From: Pseudomonadota bacterium
Lineage (GTDB): Bacteria; Pseudomonadota; Gammaproteobacteria; Xanthomonadales; Rhodanobacteraceae
Direction of reading: 5' to 3'
NCBI GenBank assembly: GCA_018241365.1
Contig: JAFEDX010000194.1
Coordinates: 10,411 to 74,410 of the forward strand
Length of the DNA: 64,000 nucleotides
Below the pieces are notes generated by a model that had not been told where the DNA came from, ran no database searches, and worked only from the letters and a program-made list of their open reading frames with translations. How positions within the stretch are numbered: position 1 is the stretch's first letter; each line of letters opens with the position of its first letter. The position numbers were made by a program, and so were the translations under genes. Positions 19,572 to 29,859 of the stretch are shown piece by piece.

Positions 19572-19641
19572 GGCTGTGTTGACCCTGATTACGGAGATTC
19601 ATCAGGGGCAACACAGCCTCCGCCAAGTTTGCAACATCGCA

Positions 19642-22272
19642 TCAATGCGCTGCGGCACGCATTCGCGCCAGGCGCGCGCTTACCGGCCAGTTGCCGATCT
19701 TCGCAATCGCCGCATCGATGGCGCCGATGTCTGGCACGGTGCTTCCACGCGGTACCGTGCCAACAAGCACAAGCTGTGCTTCCAGCCACCATGGATGCGT
19801 GGGTAGCGCCTGCGCGCGATCAAGTGCAGCGACCAGCGTGCGCGCGTGGCGCACCGCGTCGTCGTGGTGCCCGAGCGACTGCGCCAGATGCATCGAATCG
19901 ACCAGGAACAGCGGCCACGACAACGGATCGCTCGCGTGGACGCGTTCGCCCAGTGCCATCGCGTTGGCATAGTCCACCTGCGCCGCGGCGGCGTCACCCG
20001 CAGCAGCGAGCGTGCGTCCGCGTTCCAGTGTCGCCAGCGCCAAGGCAAGATCGTGCAGGACGCCGTCCCGGCAGCGGTCGGCTTCCGCCACGGCGGACTG
20101 CCCCGCGCCAACGGCTTCCGGCATCCGTTGCAACTGCAGGAAAGCGCGCACCTGCTGGATTTCATTCTCGACGAGATCACAGGATGATGCGCGACGCGCG
20201 CGTTGTTCGCCGACGAGTGCCGTTGCCAATGGCAGCGCGTGCGCCGCATCCTCCTTGGCCAGCAGTGCGTAGACATGCAGCGTGCGCGGCTCCAGCGGTT
20301 TGCGATGCAACCCGTTGCCCAGTGAATCCAGCAGGGCATCGGCCTTCAGGGCATCGGCTTCGGCCAGGTCGAGATCGCCGCGGTACAACGCGATCTTGGC
20401 CTGCAGGTTCCAGCTATCGGCCAGGCTGAACGGCGTGGCGTGGCCCTGCTTGCGCGCCAGCGCTTCGTCGGCCAGACCGCGCGCTTCGGCGATGCGATCA
20501 GCGTCCAGCAGCACGCTGGCAAAATCGTGGGCGGCAGGACCGAGATCGTCACAGTGGCGGTCGTTGGCGCACAGGGAACGGTATGCCGCGATCATCGCCC
20601 GGCCACGCGCCACCGCCGTAGCCATGTCGCCGCGGCCGTCTGCAATCACCATGCCGACCTTCAGCAGCATCGCCTGTGGTACATCGGCCGGCAGGCGGTA
20701 TGCCTGAATCGCGAGAAGCGGCCTGATGCGCCGGTCAGCTTCCTCGTAATTGCCCTCCCGGATCAACGTGCGGATCAAACCGATTTCGGTCTGGATGCGG
20801 ATGGACGAATTTGCCGGAAGGGCCGCCGCGCTGGCCTCGGCCTGGCGCAACAAGGCTTCGGAGCGCGGTATGTCGCGCATGTCACGCAGGACGTTGCCAA
20901 GGGTGTACAACAATTCCGCACGCAGTTCCGGTTGCTCGCGCAATTCCTTCGGCAATGAATCGGCTGCGGCATAGACCAGCGTCGGCACGTCCGGACGCTG
21001 ACTGGCGGCGACATCAGGGGCGGTCTTCTGCAACAGGCCCACGACGAAATCGCGGATCGCATTGGCGCGTTGCGCTTCGCGTCGTGCCACCTGCGCCTGC
21101 CACAACGCGATCGACAGCGAGGCGAGGATTGCCAGAAACAATATCGCGGTGACTGCAACGCCACCACGATGGCGTATGACGAAGCGGCTGGCGCGATACC
21201 AGCGCGACGGCGGATGCGCCTGCACGGGCAGGCGATCGAGATAACGTTCGATGTCGTCGGCCAGCGCGCCACCGGAACCGTAGCGGCGTTCCGGCTCCTG
21301 CGCTGTGGCCTTCGCGGCGATGTTGGCGAGGTCGCCGCGCAGCCTGCGCTGCACCGGCTTGGTGCCGGGCCCGAGAGCGTTGTCGAGCATGTGCGATGGC
21401 TGCGCATTCGTGGCACCAGGCAGTTGCCGCTCACCCGTCAACAGTTCGCGCAGCAGGACGCCCAATGCGTAAACGTCTGTCGCAGTGGTGATGGCTCCCG
21501 ACGTGAATTGTTCCGGCGCCGCATAGGCCGGTGTCAATGCGTGGTGCCGGGTGCGCGTGGCGCCATCCGTGTCGTCCAGCAACTTGGCGATGCCGAAATC
21601 CAGCAGCTTGACTTCGCCATCGGCGGTGACCAGCACGTTGGAAGGCTTCAGGTCGCGGTGCACGATCAGGGCACGGTGTGCCGACTCGACCGCGCGGCAC
21701 ACTTTCAGGAACAGGGTCAGGCGGCTGCGCTCCGGCAAATTGCGTTCGCGGACATGGCGCGTGATCGGTACGCCCTCGATCAGCTCCAGGGCGATATAGG
21801 CGAGCCCGTTGTCGGCGATGCCGCCCTCGATCAGCCGCGCGATCCCCGGGTGCCGCAAGCGCGCCAGGGCTGCGCGTTCATGATGGAAGCGGCGGCGAGC
21901 GTCGGCGGTGTACAAGCCGCGTGCCAGCAGCTTGACCGCAACCTCCTGGCGCACGCCCTCGATTTCACGGAAGGCACGGAATACCGTGGACGAACCGCCC
22001 TCGCCCAGCACTTCCAGCAGTTCGAATGGCCCGATCCGGCTGCCGGCCGGCAGCGGATCTGCGGGCTCGGTTTCGCCAATCGCCTGCGCAGCGCGCGCCG
22101 CGTCACCGGTCGGAAGCAACCCGCCATCCTCGGCATCCGCGGCCAGCATGCGTTCGAGCGTGGCGCGCAGGCCCGCGTCGTGGCAACGATCTTCAAGCAG
22201 GCGTGCGCGCACGCCGGGAGGCAACCCCAACGCCTCCTCGAACAAGTCGCGCAATGTCGGTGTGCTTTCCAC
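19642..22272 (-). CDS. Ser/Thr protein kinase with TM segment and large C-terminal TPR sensor region
   Basis: Hanks kinase motifs GEGGSSTVF, VAVK, HRDLKPSNVLV and DFGIAKLL, a TM segment (VAVTAILFLAILASLSIALW) and about 480 aa of TPR-like repeats. Confidence 0.9.
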   Translation of the reverse strand: MESTPTLRDLFEEALGLPPGVRARLLEDRCHDAGLRATLERMLAADAEDGGLLPTGDAARAAQAIGETEPADPLPAGSRIGPFELLEVLGEGGSSTVFRAFREIEGVRQEVAVKLLARGLYTADARRRFHHERAALARLRHPGIARLIEGGIADNGLAYIALELIEGVPITRHVRERNLPERSRLTLFLKVCRAVESAHRALIVHRDLKPSNVLVTADGEVKLLDFGIAKLLDDTDGATRTRHHALTPAYAAPEQFTSGAITTATDVYALGVLLRELLTGERQLPGATNAQPSHMLDNALGPGTKPVQRRLRGDLANIAAKATAQEPERRYGSGGALADDIERYLDRLPVQAHPPSRWYRASRFVIRHRGGVAVTAILFLAILASLSIALWQAQVARREAQRANAIRDFVVGLLQKTAPDVAASQRPDVPTLVYAAADSLPKELREQPELRAELLYTLGNVLRDMRDIPRSEALLRQAEASAAALPANSSIRIQTEIGLIRTLIREGNYEEADRRIRPLLAIQAYRLPADVPQAMLLKVGMVIADGRGDMATAVARGRAMIAAYRSLCANDRHCDDLGPAAHDFASVLLDADRIAEARGLADEALARKQGHATPFSLADSWNLQAKIALYRGDLDLAEADALKADALLDSLGNGLHRKPLEPRTLHVYALLAKEDAAHALPLATALVGEQRARRASSCDLVENEIQQVRAFLQLQRMPEAVGAGQSAVAEADRCRDGVLHDLALALATLERGRTLAAAGDAAAAQVDYANAMALGERVHASDPLSWPLFLVDSMHLAQSLGHHDDAVRHARTLVAALDRAQALPTHPWWLEAQLVLVGTVPRGSTVPDIGAIDAAIAKIGNWPVSARLARMRAAAH

Positions 22273-22332
22273 CGTTGCAGCTCCGATGACATCTTGCGGT
22301 AAACCCCGTTCGCGACGGGTTTGCGACGTGTC

Positions 22333-22866
22333 TCAATTCACCCTCGCCTTGATGAAAGCGCGCGCGAAGCGCCAGTCGCGGTCGATGGTGCGCCGGGCCA
22401 GGCCCAGCGTTTCCGCAACCTGCTCCAGGCCCAGACCGGCGAAATAGCGCAATTCGACAACCTTGGCTGCACGTGCATCGACCGCCTCAAGCGCGTCCAG
22501 CGCTGCATCCAGCATCAGCGCCTGCTCGGCGGTGTCGATCGCGAGTTTCAGGTTGCGGTCGTCCAGCGTGACGCGGCTCCATTGGCCGCCCGCGCGCAGC
22601 CGCAGGCGATCGCGGGCGCGGTTGATCAGCAAATGGCGCATGGCGCGCGCGGCGTAGGCAAAGAACTGCGCCGGCTCCTGGAATTGCAATGTCGGGCGAT
22701 CGCCCATGCGCAGGTACAGCTCGTGCACCAGCTCGGTGGTGTCCAGGGTTCCCTGACGGCGCTGGCCCGCAAGGCGCCGTGAGGCCATCGCCTTAAGGCG
22801 ATCGTAGACCTCGACGAACAATGCGTCGGTCGAAGACCCGGCCGCGGGTCCGCTGCATTCGACCAT
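22333..22866 (-). CDS. ECF-type sigma-70 factor (TIGR02999/ECF43-like, kinase-associated)
   Basis: 177 aa with region 2 ELVHELYLRM and region 4 VVELRYFAGLGLEQVAETLGLARRTIDRDWRFARAFI. No anti-sigma gene follows; a Ser/Thr kinase follows instead. Confidence 0.85.
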   Translation of the reverse strand: MVECSGPAAGSSTDALFVEVYDRLKAMASRRLAGQRRQGTLDTTELVHELYLRMGDRPTLQFQEPAQFFAYAARAMRHLLINRARDRLRLRAGGQWSRVTLDDRNLKLAIDTAEQALMLDAALDALEAVDARAAKVVELRYFAGLGLEQVAETLGLARRTIDRDWRFARAFIKARVN

Positions 22867-22946
22867 GGATCGCCTCCACGCCCGTGCGACCTCCTGTCGA
22901 GAGGGTCAGCTTCGTGCAGTCGCGGCGCAAAGACAAGTGCATCGAT

Positions 22947-24227
22947 TCAGCCTTCGACCATGCTTTTCCAGCGGTCGCGTGCGCCCAACCGCCAGTACTG
23001 CGCCTGCGCGCCGAGGTAGCCGAGCGGCCGCCATGCGCTGCGCAGATCGAAGGTGGAAAAAGCGTGCCAGCCCTGATCACCGTTTGCGATGGCGGCAGCC
23101 AGCAATTCTCCCGCCGCGCAGGTCGGCGCGGTACCGTGGCCGCCAAAGGCCTGCATCCACCACAGGCCGTCGCCGCGGGTACCGAGCTGCGGCATCTGGT
23201 GGCGTGCATAGCTCATCAGCCCGGACCACGCATACTCGATCTTCACGCCCTCCAGCTGCGGGAACACGCGCAGCAGGTCGTGCATCAGCAGCCGCTTCAC
23301 GGCTTGCGGCGAGCGGTTGTGGATCGAAATGCGCCCGCCCCACAACAAGCGCGAATCCTTGAGCGGACGGTAGTAATCGAACGCGAACCGGGTGTCGTAG
23401 ACCGCGGCTTGGGTGTGCAGGCATTCCTGCAGGCGCGCGCCGAGTGGCTCGGTCGTCATGACGTAGGTCGCGATCGGCAGCACGGCGCGATCGACTTCGC
23501 GTTTGAGATGCGCGAGGTAACCGCCGCAGGCCAGCACCACGGTTTGCGCCTTCACCTCGCCCGCAACGGTGCGCACGCGCCAGCCCTTGCCTTCGCGCTC
23601 CACGCGATGCACGCGCGAGTTCTCGTGGAACGCCACGCCCTGCCCTTGCGCCGCGCGCTGCATGCCGTGCAGGTAATCCAGCGGGTGCAGGTGCAGGGCG
23701 TTCCGTTCGAACAGGCCATCGTGGTAGCGGCTGCTGTGCACTACGTCGCGCAGTTGGTCCTCGGGCAGCCATTCCCATTCGACGCCATAGGTTTCCTTCA
23801 GCAGTCGTTGACGGTCGCGCAGCACCGCGGGATCGCGAAACCAGTTGGCCCAGATCACGCCGGCATCGACCGCATCGCATTCGATGGAGTAGCGCCGGAT
23901 CCTTTTGCGGATCAACGCGACTGCATCAGTGGTCAGGTCGTAGATACGGCGCGCGCGTTCCGCACCGAGTTGTCGCAGCAATTCCGCTTCGCCCAGTGAA
24001 TAGCCGCCGAACACGAAACCGCCGTTGCGGCCGGACGCTCCATGGCCAACGCCATCGCGTTCCAGCAGCACCACGTCGCGTACGCCACGTTCGGCAAGCC
24101 CCAACGCGAGGCATACGCCGGCGTAGCCGCCGCCAATGATGGCCACGCGTGCTTCAAGCGCACCCTGCAAGGGTGGCGAAGCTTCGAACGGACGTGCGCT
24201 GGCGGAATACCAGGTCGTGGGCGTCAT
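22947..24227 (-). CDS. FAD-dependent oxidoreductase (DAO family, gamma-glutamylputrescine oxidase-like)
   Basis: N-terminal VAIIGGGYAGVCLALGLAERG dinucleotide fold, 426 aa. Confidence 0.8.
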   Translation of the reverse strand: MTPTTWYSASARPFEASPPLQGALEARVAIIGGGYAGVCLALGLAERGVRDVVLLERDGVGHGASGRNGGFVFGGYSLGEAELLRQLGAERARRIYDLTTDAVALIRKRIRRYSIECDAVDAGVIWANWFRDPAVLRDRQRLLKETYGVEWEWLPEDQLRDVVHSSRYHDGLFERNALHLHPLDYLHGMQRAAQGQGVAFHENSRVHRVEREGKGWRVRTVAGEVKAQTVVLACGGYLAHLKREVDRAVLPIATYVMTTEPLGARLQECLHTQAAVYDTRFAFDYYRPLKDSRLLWGGRISIHNRSPQAVKRLLMHDLLRVFPQLEGVKIEYAWSGLMSYARHQMPQLGTRGDGLWWMQAFGGHGTAPTCAAGELLAAAIANGDQGWHAFSTFDLRSAWRPLGYLGAQAQYWRLGARDRWKSMVEG

Positions 24228-24314
24228 CCGCGCAGCATAACGCCGTTCACTCGACCAGGCCGACCTTCAGCGTGCGCGAATCGCTGCGCCCGTGGCCGTC
24301 CACCACCCTGACCG

Positions 24315-25193
24315 TCAGGAGAGGCTGGCTGCACCCGCCACGAGATGCTGCAGATCGGGATCGAGCGACGCGAAATGCAGGGTCGCACGCACCATCCCGG
24401 CCTTGTTGCCGCAATCGAAACGCTGCCCGGCAAAGCGATGCGCCAGCACCGGCGTTTCCTTCAGCAAGGCGGCGATGGCGTCGGTCAACTGGATTTCGCC
24501 GCCCGCGCCGGGTGTGGTTTGTTCCAGCAGGTCAAAGATCCGCGCCGGCAACACGTAGCGGCCGACCACCGCGAGATTGGAGGGTGCATCGGCGGGCTTC
24601 GGCTTCTCGACCATGTGGCGGATGCGATCGCCGCCTGCCTCGACATCGACGATGCCGTACTTGCCGGTGTCGGCGTGCGGGACTTCCTCAACCGCCAGCA
24701 CGCCGGTCTTGCCGTCGGCGGCCCGCGCGGCCATCTGGCGCAGCGCGCCGGGGCCGTCGTTCACGATGAGGTCGTCCGGCAACACGATGCCGAACGGTTC
24801 ATCGCCGATGACTGCCTGCGTGCACAGCACCGCGTGACCGAGACCCAGCGCCTGTTCCTGGGTCACGTACACGCAACGCACGTGCCGCGGCAACAAGCCT
24901 TGCACCATCGCCAGCAACTCGCGCTTGCCGGCGCGTTCGAGGGTTTCCTCGAGTTCGTAGGCGGAATCGAAATAATCCGCGATCGAGTGCTTGTAGCGAT
25001 TGGTGACGAACACCAGCGTGTCGGCGCCCGCATCGACCGCTTCCTCGACCGCGTACTGGATCAGCGGTCGATCCAGCACCGGCAACATTTCCTTGGCGAC
25101 CACCTTGGTCGCGGGAAGAAACCGGGTGCCGAGCCCCGCTACCGGGAATACCACCTTGCGCAATCGCGTCACGTCGTCTCCTCGTCCATTCAT
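24315..25193 (-). CDS. galU: UTP--glucose-1-phosphate uridylyltransferase
   Basis: [28 protein letters not shown] signature. ATG 25193 overlaps the wbpM-like stop as ATGA. An alternative GTG at 25172 is preceded by a GAGGAG Shine-Dalgarno sequence. Confidence 0.9.
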   Translation of the reverse strand: MNGRGDDVTRLRKVVFPVAGLGTRFLPATKVVAKEMLPVLDRPLIQYAVEEAVDAGADTLVFVTNRYKHSIADYFDSAYELEETLERAGKRELLAMVQGLLPRHVRCVYVTQEQALGLGHAVLCTQAVIGDEPFGIVLPDDLIVNDGPGALRQMAARAADGKTGVLAVEEVPHADTGKYGIVDVEAGGDRIRHMVEKPKPADAPSNLAVVGRYVLPARIFDLLEQTTPGAGGEIQLTDAIAALLKETPVLAHRFAGQRFDCGNKAGMVRATLHFASLDPDLQHLVAGAASLS

Positions 25194-27088
25194 GCCGCAC
25201 CATCGCTGCGCTGCAGTGGCACCACCTCGGCGGAGTGCACCACGCCGGTTTCCCAGCGGAACGCCGGCAACAGCGAGCCGACGCAGCCGCGCAGCGCATC
25301 TTCGTCGAATGCCTCGACGGCCACTGCAGCCCGTGCGAGCTGGGCCAGCACCAGGGCCGCGGATTGCTGGCGCGCCGCGGCTTCGAAGATCTTCGGGTGT
25401 GCGGTGCTGTGGTAATTCTCGAGCGGATGGAACAATTCTTCGAACAGCTTTTCACCCGGACGCAAACCCGTGTACAGGATGGAGATGTCGCGTCCGGGCT
25501 GCTTGCCCGCCAGCCGGATCATCTGTTCGGCGAGGTCGCGGATGCGCACGGGTTCGCCCATGTCCAGCGCATACGTTTCACCACCCGCGCCCATCGCCAT
25601 CGCCTGCAGGATCAACTGGCAGGCTTCGGGGATGGTCATGAAGTAGCGCGAAATTTCCGGATGCGTCACCGTCACCGGGCCGCCCGCCGCGATCTGGCGG
25701 CGGAACAGCGGCACCACCGACCCCGCCGAATCCAGCACGTTGCCGAATCGCACGGTGACGAAACGTGTGGCGTGCCCTTCGGCGACGACCTGGCAGATGA
25801 TTTCGGCGATGCGCTTGCACGCTCCCATCACACTGGTCGGGTTGACTGCCTTGTCGGTGGAAATCAGCACGAAGCTTTCGACGCCATGCCGCACCGAGTG
25901 TTCCGCGACCACGCGCGTGTTGAGCGCGTTGTTGCGGAACGCTTCGCGCAACTGGTTCTGCAGCAGCGGCACGTGCTTGTAGGCCGCCGCATGGAACACC
26001 CGCTGCGGCCTGGCCAACGCAAAAGCATTGGTGCAGGTGGCGGCGTCGCCGCAATCGCCGATCAGGCAGCGCAGCAACAACTCGGGGTACTGCGCGCGCA
26101 GCTCCTGCTCGATCCGGTACAGGTTGTACTCGGACAGGTCCAGGATCGTCAGTTCGGAGGCACCCAGGCGCGCGATCTGGCGGCACAGTTCGGAACCGAT
26201 CGAGCCGCCGCCGCCGGTGACCAGCACGCGCTGTCCGGTCAGGCTGCGACGGATCGCATTCCATTCGAGCTTGACCGGGTCGCGGCCCAGCAGGTCCTCG
26301 ATCGCCACCTCTTTCAATTCGTTGAACTGCGCGCGTCCTGAAACCACGTCATCGAGCCGCGGCACGGTGCGGAACGGCAAGCCGGTGGCTTCGCACAGGC
26401 TCACGATGCGGCGCATCTGGTCCTTGTCCGCGCTCGGCATCGCGATCAGGAGCATCTCTGCGCCCGCACCGCGCGCCAGCGCGGCCAGGCGATCGGTGCC
26501 GCCGAGCACCGGCACGCCCTGCAGGCGCGAGCCCCTCAACGAATGGTCGTCATCGATGAAGCCGGCCGGGATGTAACGCGAGTCGCGGCGCAGGTCGCGC
26601 ACCAGCGCCTCGCCGGCGCGCCCGGCGCCGATCACGAGGACGCGATGGCTGTGCTTGTCGTGGAACAGGTCGAGCTGGCTGTCCTTCCAGTAACGATAGG
26701 CCAGGCGCGGCACACCCAGCAGGATCGCCAGCAGCACCGGGTAGATCACCAGCACCGAACGCGAAATGCCGGCCATGCGGTCGTACAGGAACAACGCGAG
26801 GTAGATCAGTACCGCGCCGGCGATCACGGCCCGCAGGATGTTCCACAAATCCGGCACGCTGGCGAACCGCCAGAGGCCCTTGTACAGCCCGGTCCAGTAG
26901 AACACCACCGCCTGCACGCCCAGCACGATCAGCGTTGGCCAGCTCAGGAGGTCGAGATGTTGGCCATACGGCAACATGGCGTAGCGCAGCGTGTTGGCCA
27001 ACCACCACGCGAGCAGGGTCATGACCAGATCGTGGACCACCACCGCCGTGCGCGGGTGGATCCGGCCAGCGAATTCACTCACGCTCAT
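25190..27088 (-). CDS. Membrane-bound nucleotide-sugar 4,6-dehydratase/epimerase (CapD/WbpM/PglF family)
   Basis: N-terminal TM segments, then two Rossmann regions ([13 protein letters not shown]; [14 protein letters not shown]). Internal ATG with a GAGGAG Shine-Dalgarno sequence. Confidence 0.85.
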   Translation of the reverse strand: MSVSEFAGRIHPRTAVVVHDLVMTLLAWWLANTLRYAMLPYGQHLDLLSWPTLIVLGVQAVVFYWTGLYKGLWRFASVPDLWNILRAVIAGAVLIYLALFLYDRMAGISRSVLVIYPVLLAILLGVPRLAYRYWKDSQLDLFHDKHSHRVLVIGAGRAGEALVRDLRRDSRYIPAGFIDDDHSLRGSRLQGVPVLGGTDRLAALARGAGAEMLLIAMPSADKDQMRRIVSLCEATGLPFRTVPRLDDVVSGRAQFNELKEVAIEDLLGRDPVKLEWNAIRRSLTGQRVLVTGGGGSIGSELCRQIARLGASELTILDLSEYNLYRIEQELRAQYPELLLRCLIGDCGDAATCTNAFALARPQRVFHAAAYKHVPLLQNQLREAFRNNALNTRVVAEHSVRHGVESFVLISTDKAVNPTSVMGACKRIAEIICQVVAEGHATRFVTVRFGNVLDSAGSVVPLFRRQIAAGGPVTVTHPEISRYFMTIPEACQLILQAMAMGAGGETYALDMGEPVRIRDLAEQMIRLAGKQPGRDISILYTGLRPGEKLFEELFHPLENYHSTAHPKIFEAAARQQSAALVLAQLARAAVAVEAFDEDALRGCVGSLLPAFRWETGVVHSAEVVPLQRSDGAA

Positions 27089-28121
27089 GCGCTCTCCTCT
27101 GCCGCAGCGCGTCGAGGCAACCCCGTTTGCCGCCGTACCACACGGCAGCAGCCGCAAGGCACGCTGCCGCAAAACACCACGCGCCGTGCACAGGCCAGCG
27201 TGTGGCCAGCCAGGCCAGTGGCGCCACGACGGCCAGGTTCCAGCTCATGTAAGCCGCGTCGGTGCGTGCATGGCTCCAGTTTAGCCGCACCAGCCATTGG
27301 TACAGATGCTGCCGGTGGGGCGCGTACCAGCGTTGGCCGCCAAGCATGCGCCGCGCGAGGGTCAGTCCGCTGTCCACCAGGAAGGCCGAAGGCAGGATCA
27401 GGCAGGCCCACAGCAGCACCGGGGCATGTTGGACCACAAGCGCCGCCACGGCGCCGATCGCAAGCCCCAGTGCGCCGGAACCGACATCGCCCATGAAAAT
27501 CCGCGCCGGGGGAAAGTTGAAGAACAGGAACCCGAGGCAACCCGCCGCCGCGGCAAACGCCAGCGCTGCGATCCCCGCTTCGCCCAGCCACGCCGCCAGC
27601 AACCCGTAGCCTGACAACACGAACAATCCCTGTTGGCCGAGGATGCCATCGATGCCGTCCATGAAATTGTGCGCGTTGATGAATCCCACCAGCACGGCCA
27701 CCAGCGGAATCAGCCATCCCCACGCGCGTGCATCATGCGCCGCCCACGGCGCGAGTGCGATCGCGCCGACCAGCAGTGCTGCGCCGACGTGCACGGCCAG
27801 GCGTGGCGCCACGGGCAGCGGCGCGTGGTCATCGCGCCAACCCACCAGGGCGACTGCGAGCACTGCCACGGCCACCATCGCAGCCGACATGCGGTCCGGT
27901 GCTGGACCCAGCAGCTGCCATGCAGGCAAGCCCACCAGCACGATCGCGCCGGCGATCCCGACGCCGCCGCCACGCGGTGTCGGTAACTTATGCGAACGGC
28001 GTGGGCCGGGCGGATCCAGCAGCCCGCGCCGTCGCGCATAGGCCAGCGCCGCGAAGGTGAGCGTGACGGAAAGCACCAGTGCGCAGGCAGCCACGACGGC
28101 CAGGGCGAGGATGGGCGTCAT
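27075..28121 (-). CDS. Glycosyltransferase family 4 (WbpL/WecA-like undecaprenyl-phosphate HexNAc-1-P transferase)
   Basis: 348 aa polytopic protein with PTPRGGGVGI and NFMDGIDG motifs. Confidence 0.8.
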   Translation of the reverse strand: MTPILALAVVAACALVLSVTLTFAALAYARRRGLLDPPGPRRSHKLPTPRGGGVGIAGAIVLVGLPAWQLLGPAPDRMSAAMVAVAVLAVALVGWRDDHAPLPVAPRLAVHVGAALLVGAIALAPWAAHDARAWGWLIPLVAVLVGFINAHNFMDGIDGILGQQGLFVLSGYGLLAAWLGEAGIAALAFAAAAGCLGFLFFNFPPARIFMGDVGSGALGLAIGAVAALVVQHAPVLLWACLILPSAFLVDSGLTLARRMLGGQRWYAPHRQHLYQWLVRLNWSHARTDAAYMSWNLAVVAPLAWLATRWPVHGAWCFAAACLAAAAVWYGGKRGCLDALRQRRAHERE

Positions 28122-28137
28122 GCCGATGCACGGCGCC

Positions 28138-29325
28138 TCATTCGGAAACCACGCTGTGGATGGGCCGCACCGTGCCCCAACTCTTGCAGCTCGGGCACTG
28201 CCAATGGTGGGCCTTGGCGCCGAACCCGCAATGATTGCAGCGGTACATGGCGCGGCCTTCCAGCAGCTTGTGGGTGAGGTCGCGCAGGATCAGGAAATTC
28301 TCGCGCGCTTCGCCCTCGGTGCGGTCGAGTGTCGCATCGATGAGCGCCATCATCCCGCGTACCGACGGCCGCTGGCGCAACTGGCTGGTGAGGAAGTCGA
28401 TCGCGGCGCGCTCGCCTTCGCGTTGCTGGTACAAGTTGGTCAACGCAAGTACCGGCGTGATGCCGTGGTAACGGTCGATCACATGGCCAAGGAATTTTTC
28501 GGCGCGGTCCATCTCGCCCGCGTGCGCGTAGGCATCCAGCAACGGCGGCAGGATCTCGGGCACGAAATCGACATCGGCATCGACAGCCTGCTCGAACGCG
28601 ACCACGGCTTCGTTCCAGCGCCCCTCCTCCGCATACAGATGACCGCTGATCATGTAGCCACGCACGCAACCAGGCTGGCTGGCAAAGGCTTCGTCGAGAT
28701 AGGCCCGCGCCTCGGCCCGGGCGCCGTGCTGGCGCGATTGCTCGGCCAGTTCACACTGGAACTGTGCGATGGTCGCGGCCTGCGAGTCGCCGGTCATCTT
28801 TTCGAGTCGCCGCGCGTGGCCAATCGCCTTGTGCCAGTCGCGTTCGTGCTGGTAGATCGCAATCAGGTGGCGCAACGCCGATGGCGCGTGCGCATCCATC
28901 GCCACCAGATCGTCGAACAGCGCTTCGGCACGGTCCAGCAGGCCGGCGCGCATGTAATCCTCGCCCAATTCCAGCAGCGCGACGGTGCGCTCGGCTTCCG
29001 AAAGATTGGAACGGCTGACCAGGTGCTGATGAACCCGGATCGCGCGATCGACTTCGCCGCGACGGCGGAACAGGTTGCCGAGCGCGAGGTGGGTTTCCAC
29101 CGTGTCGCGGTTGAACTCGGCCAGCTTCATGAACACTTCGATGGCCTTGTCCGGCTGCTCGTTGAGCAGATAGTTGAGGCCGCGGAAGTAGTGCGAGGAC
29201 AGTTCCGTGACGCGCGCACCCGAGCGCCGCGCGGTGGCGTGGCGGCCAATGATCCAGCCCAGCCAGCCGACCAGCGGCAGCAGCAGGATCAACAACAGCA
29301 GGGGATCAAGGGGCAGCAGGCTCAC
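28138..29325 (-). CDS. lapB: Lipopolysaccharide assembly protein LapB (YciM)
   Basis: N-terminal TM segment, TPR repeats and a C-terminal rubredoxin-like YRCNHCGF...WQCPSCKSW. GTG start with a GGAGAG Shine-Dalgarno sequence. Confidence 0.9.
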   Translation of the reverse strand: MSLLPLDPLLLLILLLPLVGWLGWIIGRHATARRSGARVTELSSHYFRGLNYLLNEQPDKAIEVFMKLAEFNRDTVETHLALGNLFRRRGEVDRAIRVHQHLVSRSNLSEAERTVALLELGEDYMRAGLLDRAEALFDDLVAMDAHAPSALRHLIAIYQHERDWHKAIGHARRLEKMTGDSQAATIAQFQCELAEQSRQHGARAEARAYLDEAFASQPGCVRGYMISGHLYAEEGRWNEAVVAFEQAVDADVDFVPEILPPLLDAYAHAGEMDRAEKFLGHVIDRYHGITPVLALTNLYQQREGERAAIDFLTSQLRQRPSVRGMMALIDATLDRTEGEARENFLILRDLTHKLLEGRAMYRCNHCGFGAKAHHWQCPSCKSWGTVRPIHSVVSE

Positions 29326-29434
29326 CGATCTCTCCGACGCCGCGCCGGTCGCCCGGCATCGCGGTGAACCGTACCGGTTGGGTGGCGGCTTGCGGGTTCT
29401 TCACCGGCAAGCCAAACGTCAGCACACGCGCCGG

Positions 29435-29731
29435 TCACGGCAAGGGATCACGGCCCTCGTTGACCCGCAGGCGCAACTCCTTGCCAGGCTTGAAATGGGG
29501 CACGTACTTGCCCGGCAGCGCCACGGCCGTACCGGTCTTGGGATTGCGTCCGGTGCGCGGCGGCCGGTAATGCAGCGAGAAACTGCCGAAGCCGCGGATT
29601 TCGATGCGATCGCCACCGGCCAGCGCCACGCTCATCTGCTCGATCACGTTGCGCACGGCAAGCTCGACGTCGGCAAACGCCAGATGCTTCTGGCGTTCCG
29701 CCAGCGCGGTGATCAATTCGGATTTGGTCAT
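29435..29731 (-). CDS. ihfB: Integration host factor subunit beta
   Basis: [33 protein letters not shown]...RTGRNPKTG. Internal ATG of the track ORF. Confidence 0.95.
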   Translation of the reverse strand: MTKSELITALAERQKHLAFADVELAVRNVIEQMSVALAGGDRIEIRGFGSFSLHYRPPRTGRNPKTGTAVALPGKYVPHFKPGKELRLRVNEGRDPLP

Positions 29732-29795
29732 GGATGGCAAAGCGGCATCCCCTTGCAAGCGGACAATCCGGACCACGTGCGCGCAGTCCACTCAT

Positions 29796-29825
29796 CAAAA
29801 TGCCGCCCACCACGGTGGGCGGCAT
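29796..29825 (-). terminator. Rho-independent terminator candidate downstream of rpsA
   Basis: The minus strand reads ATGCCGCCCACC-GTGG-TGGGCGGCAT followed by TTTTGATG, about 35 nt after the rpsA stop. Confidence 0.6.
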
Positions 29826-29859
29826 GGTTACCACACAAAACGCAAGCCTTTATAGTGAC

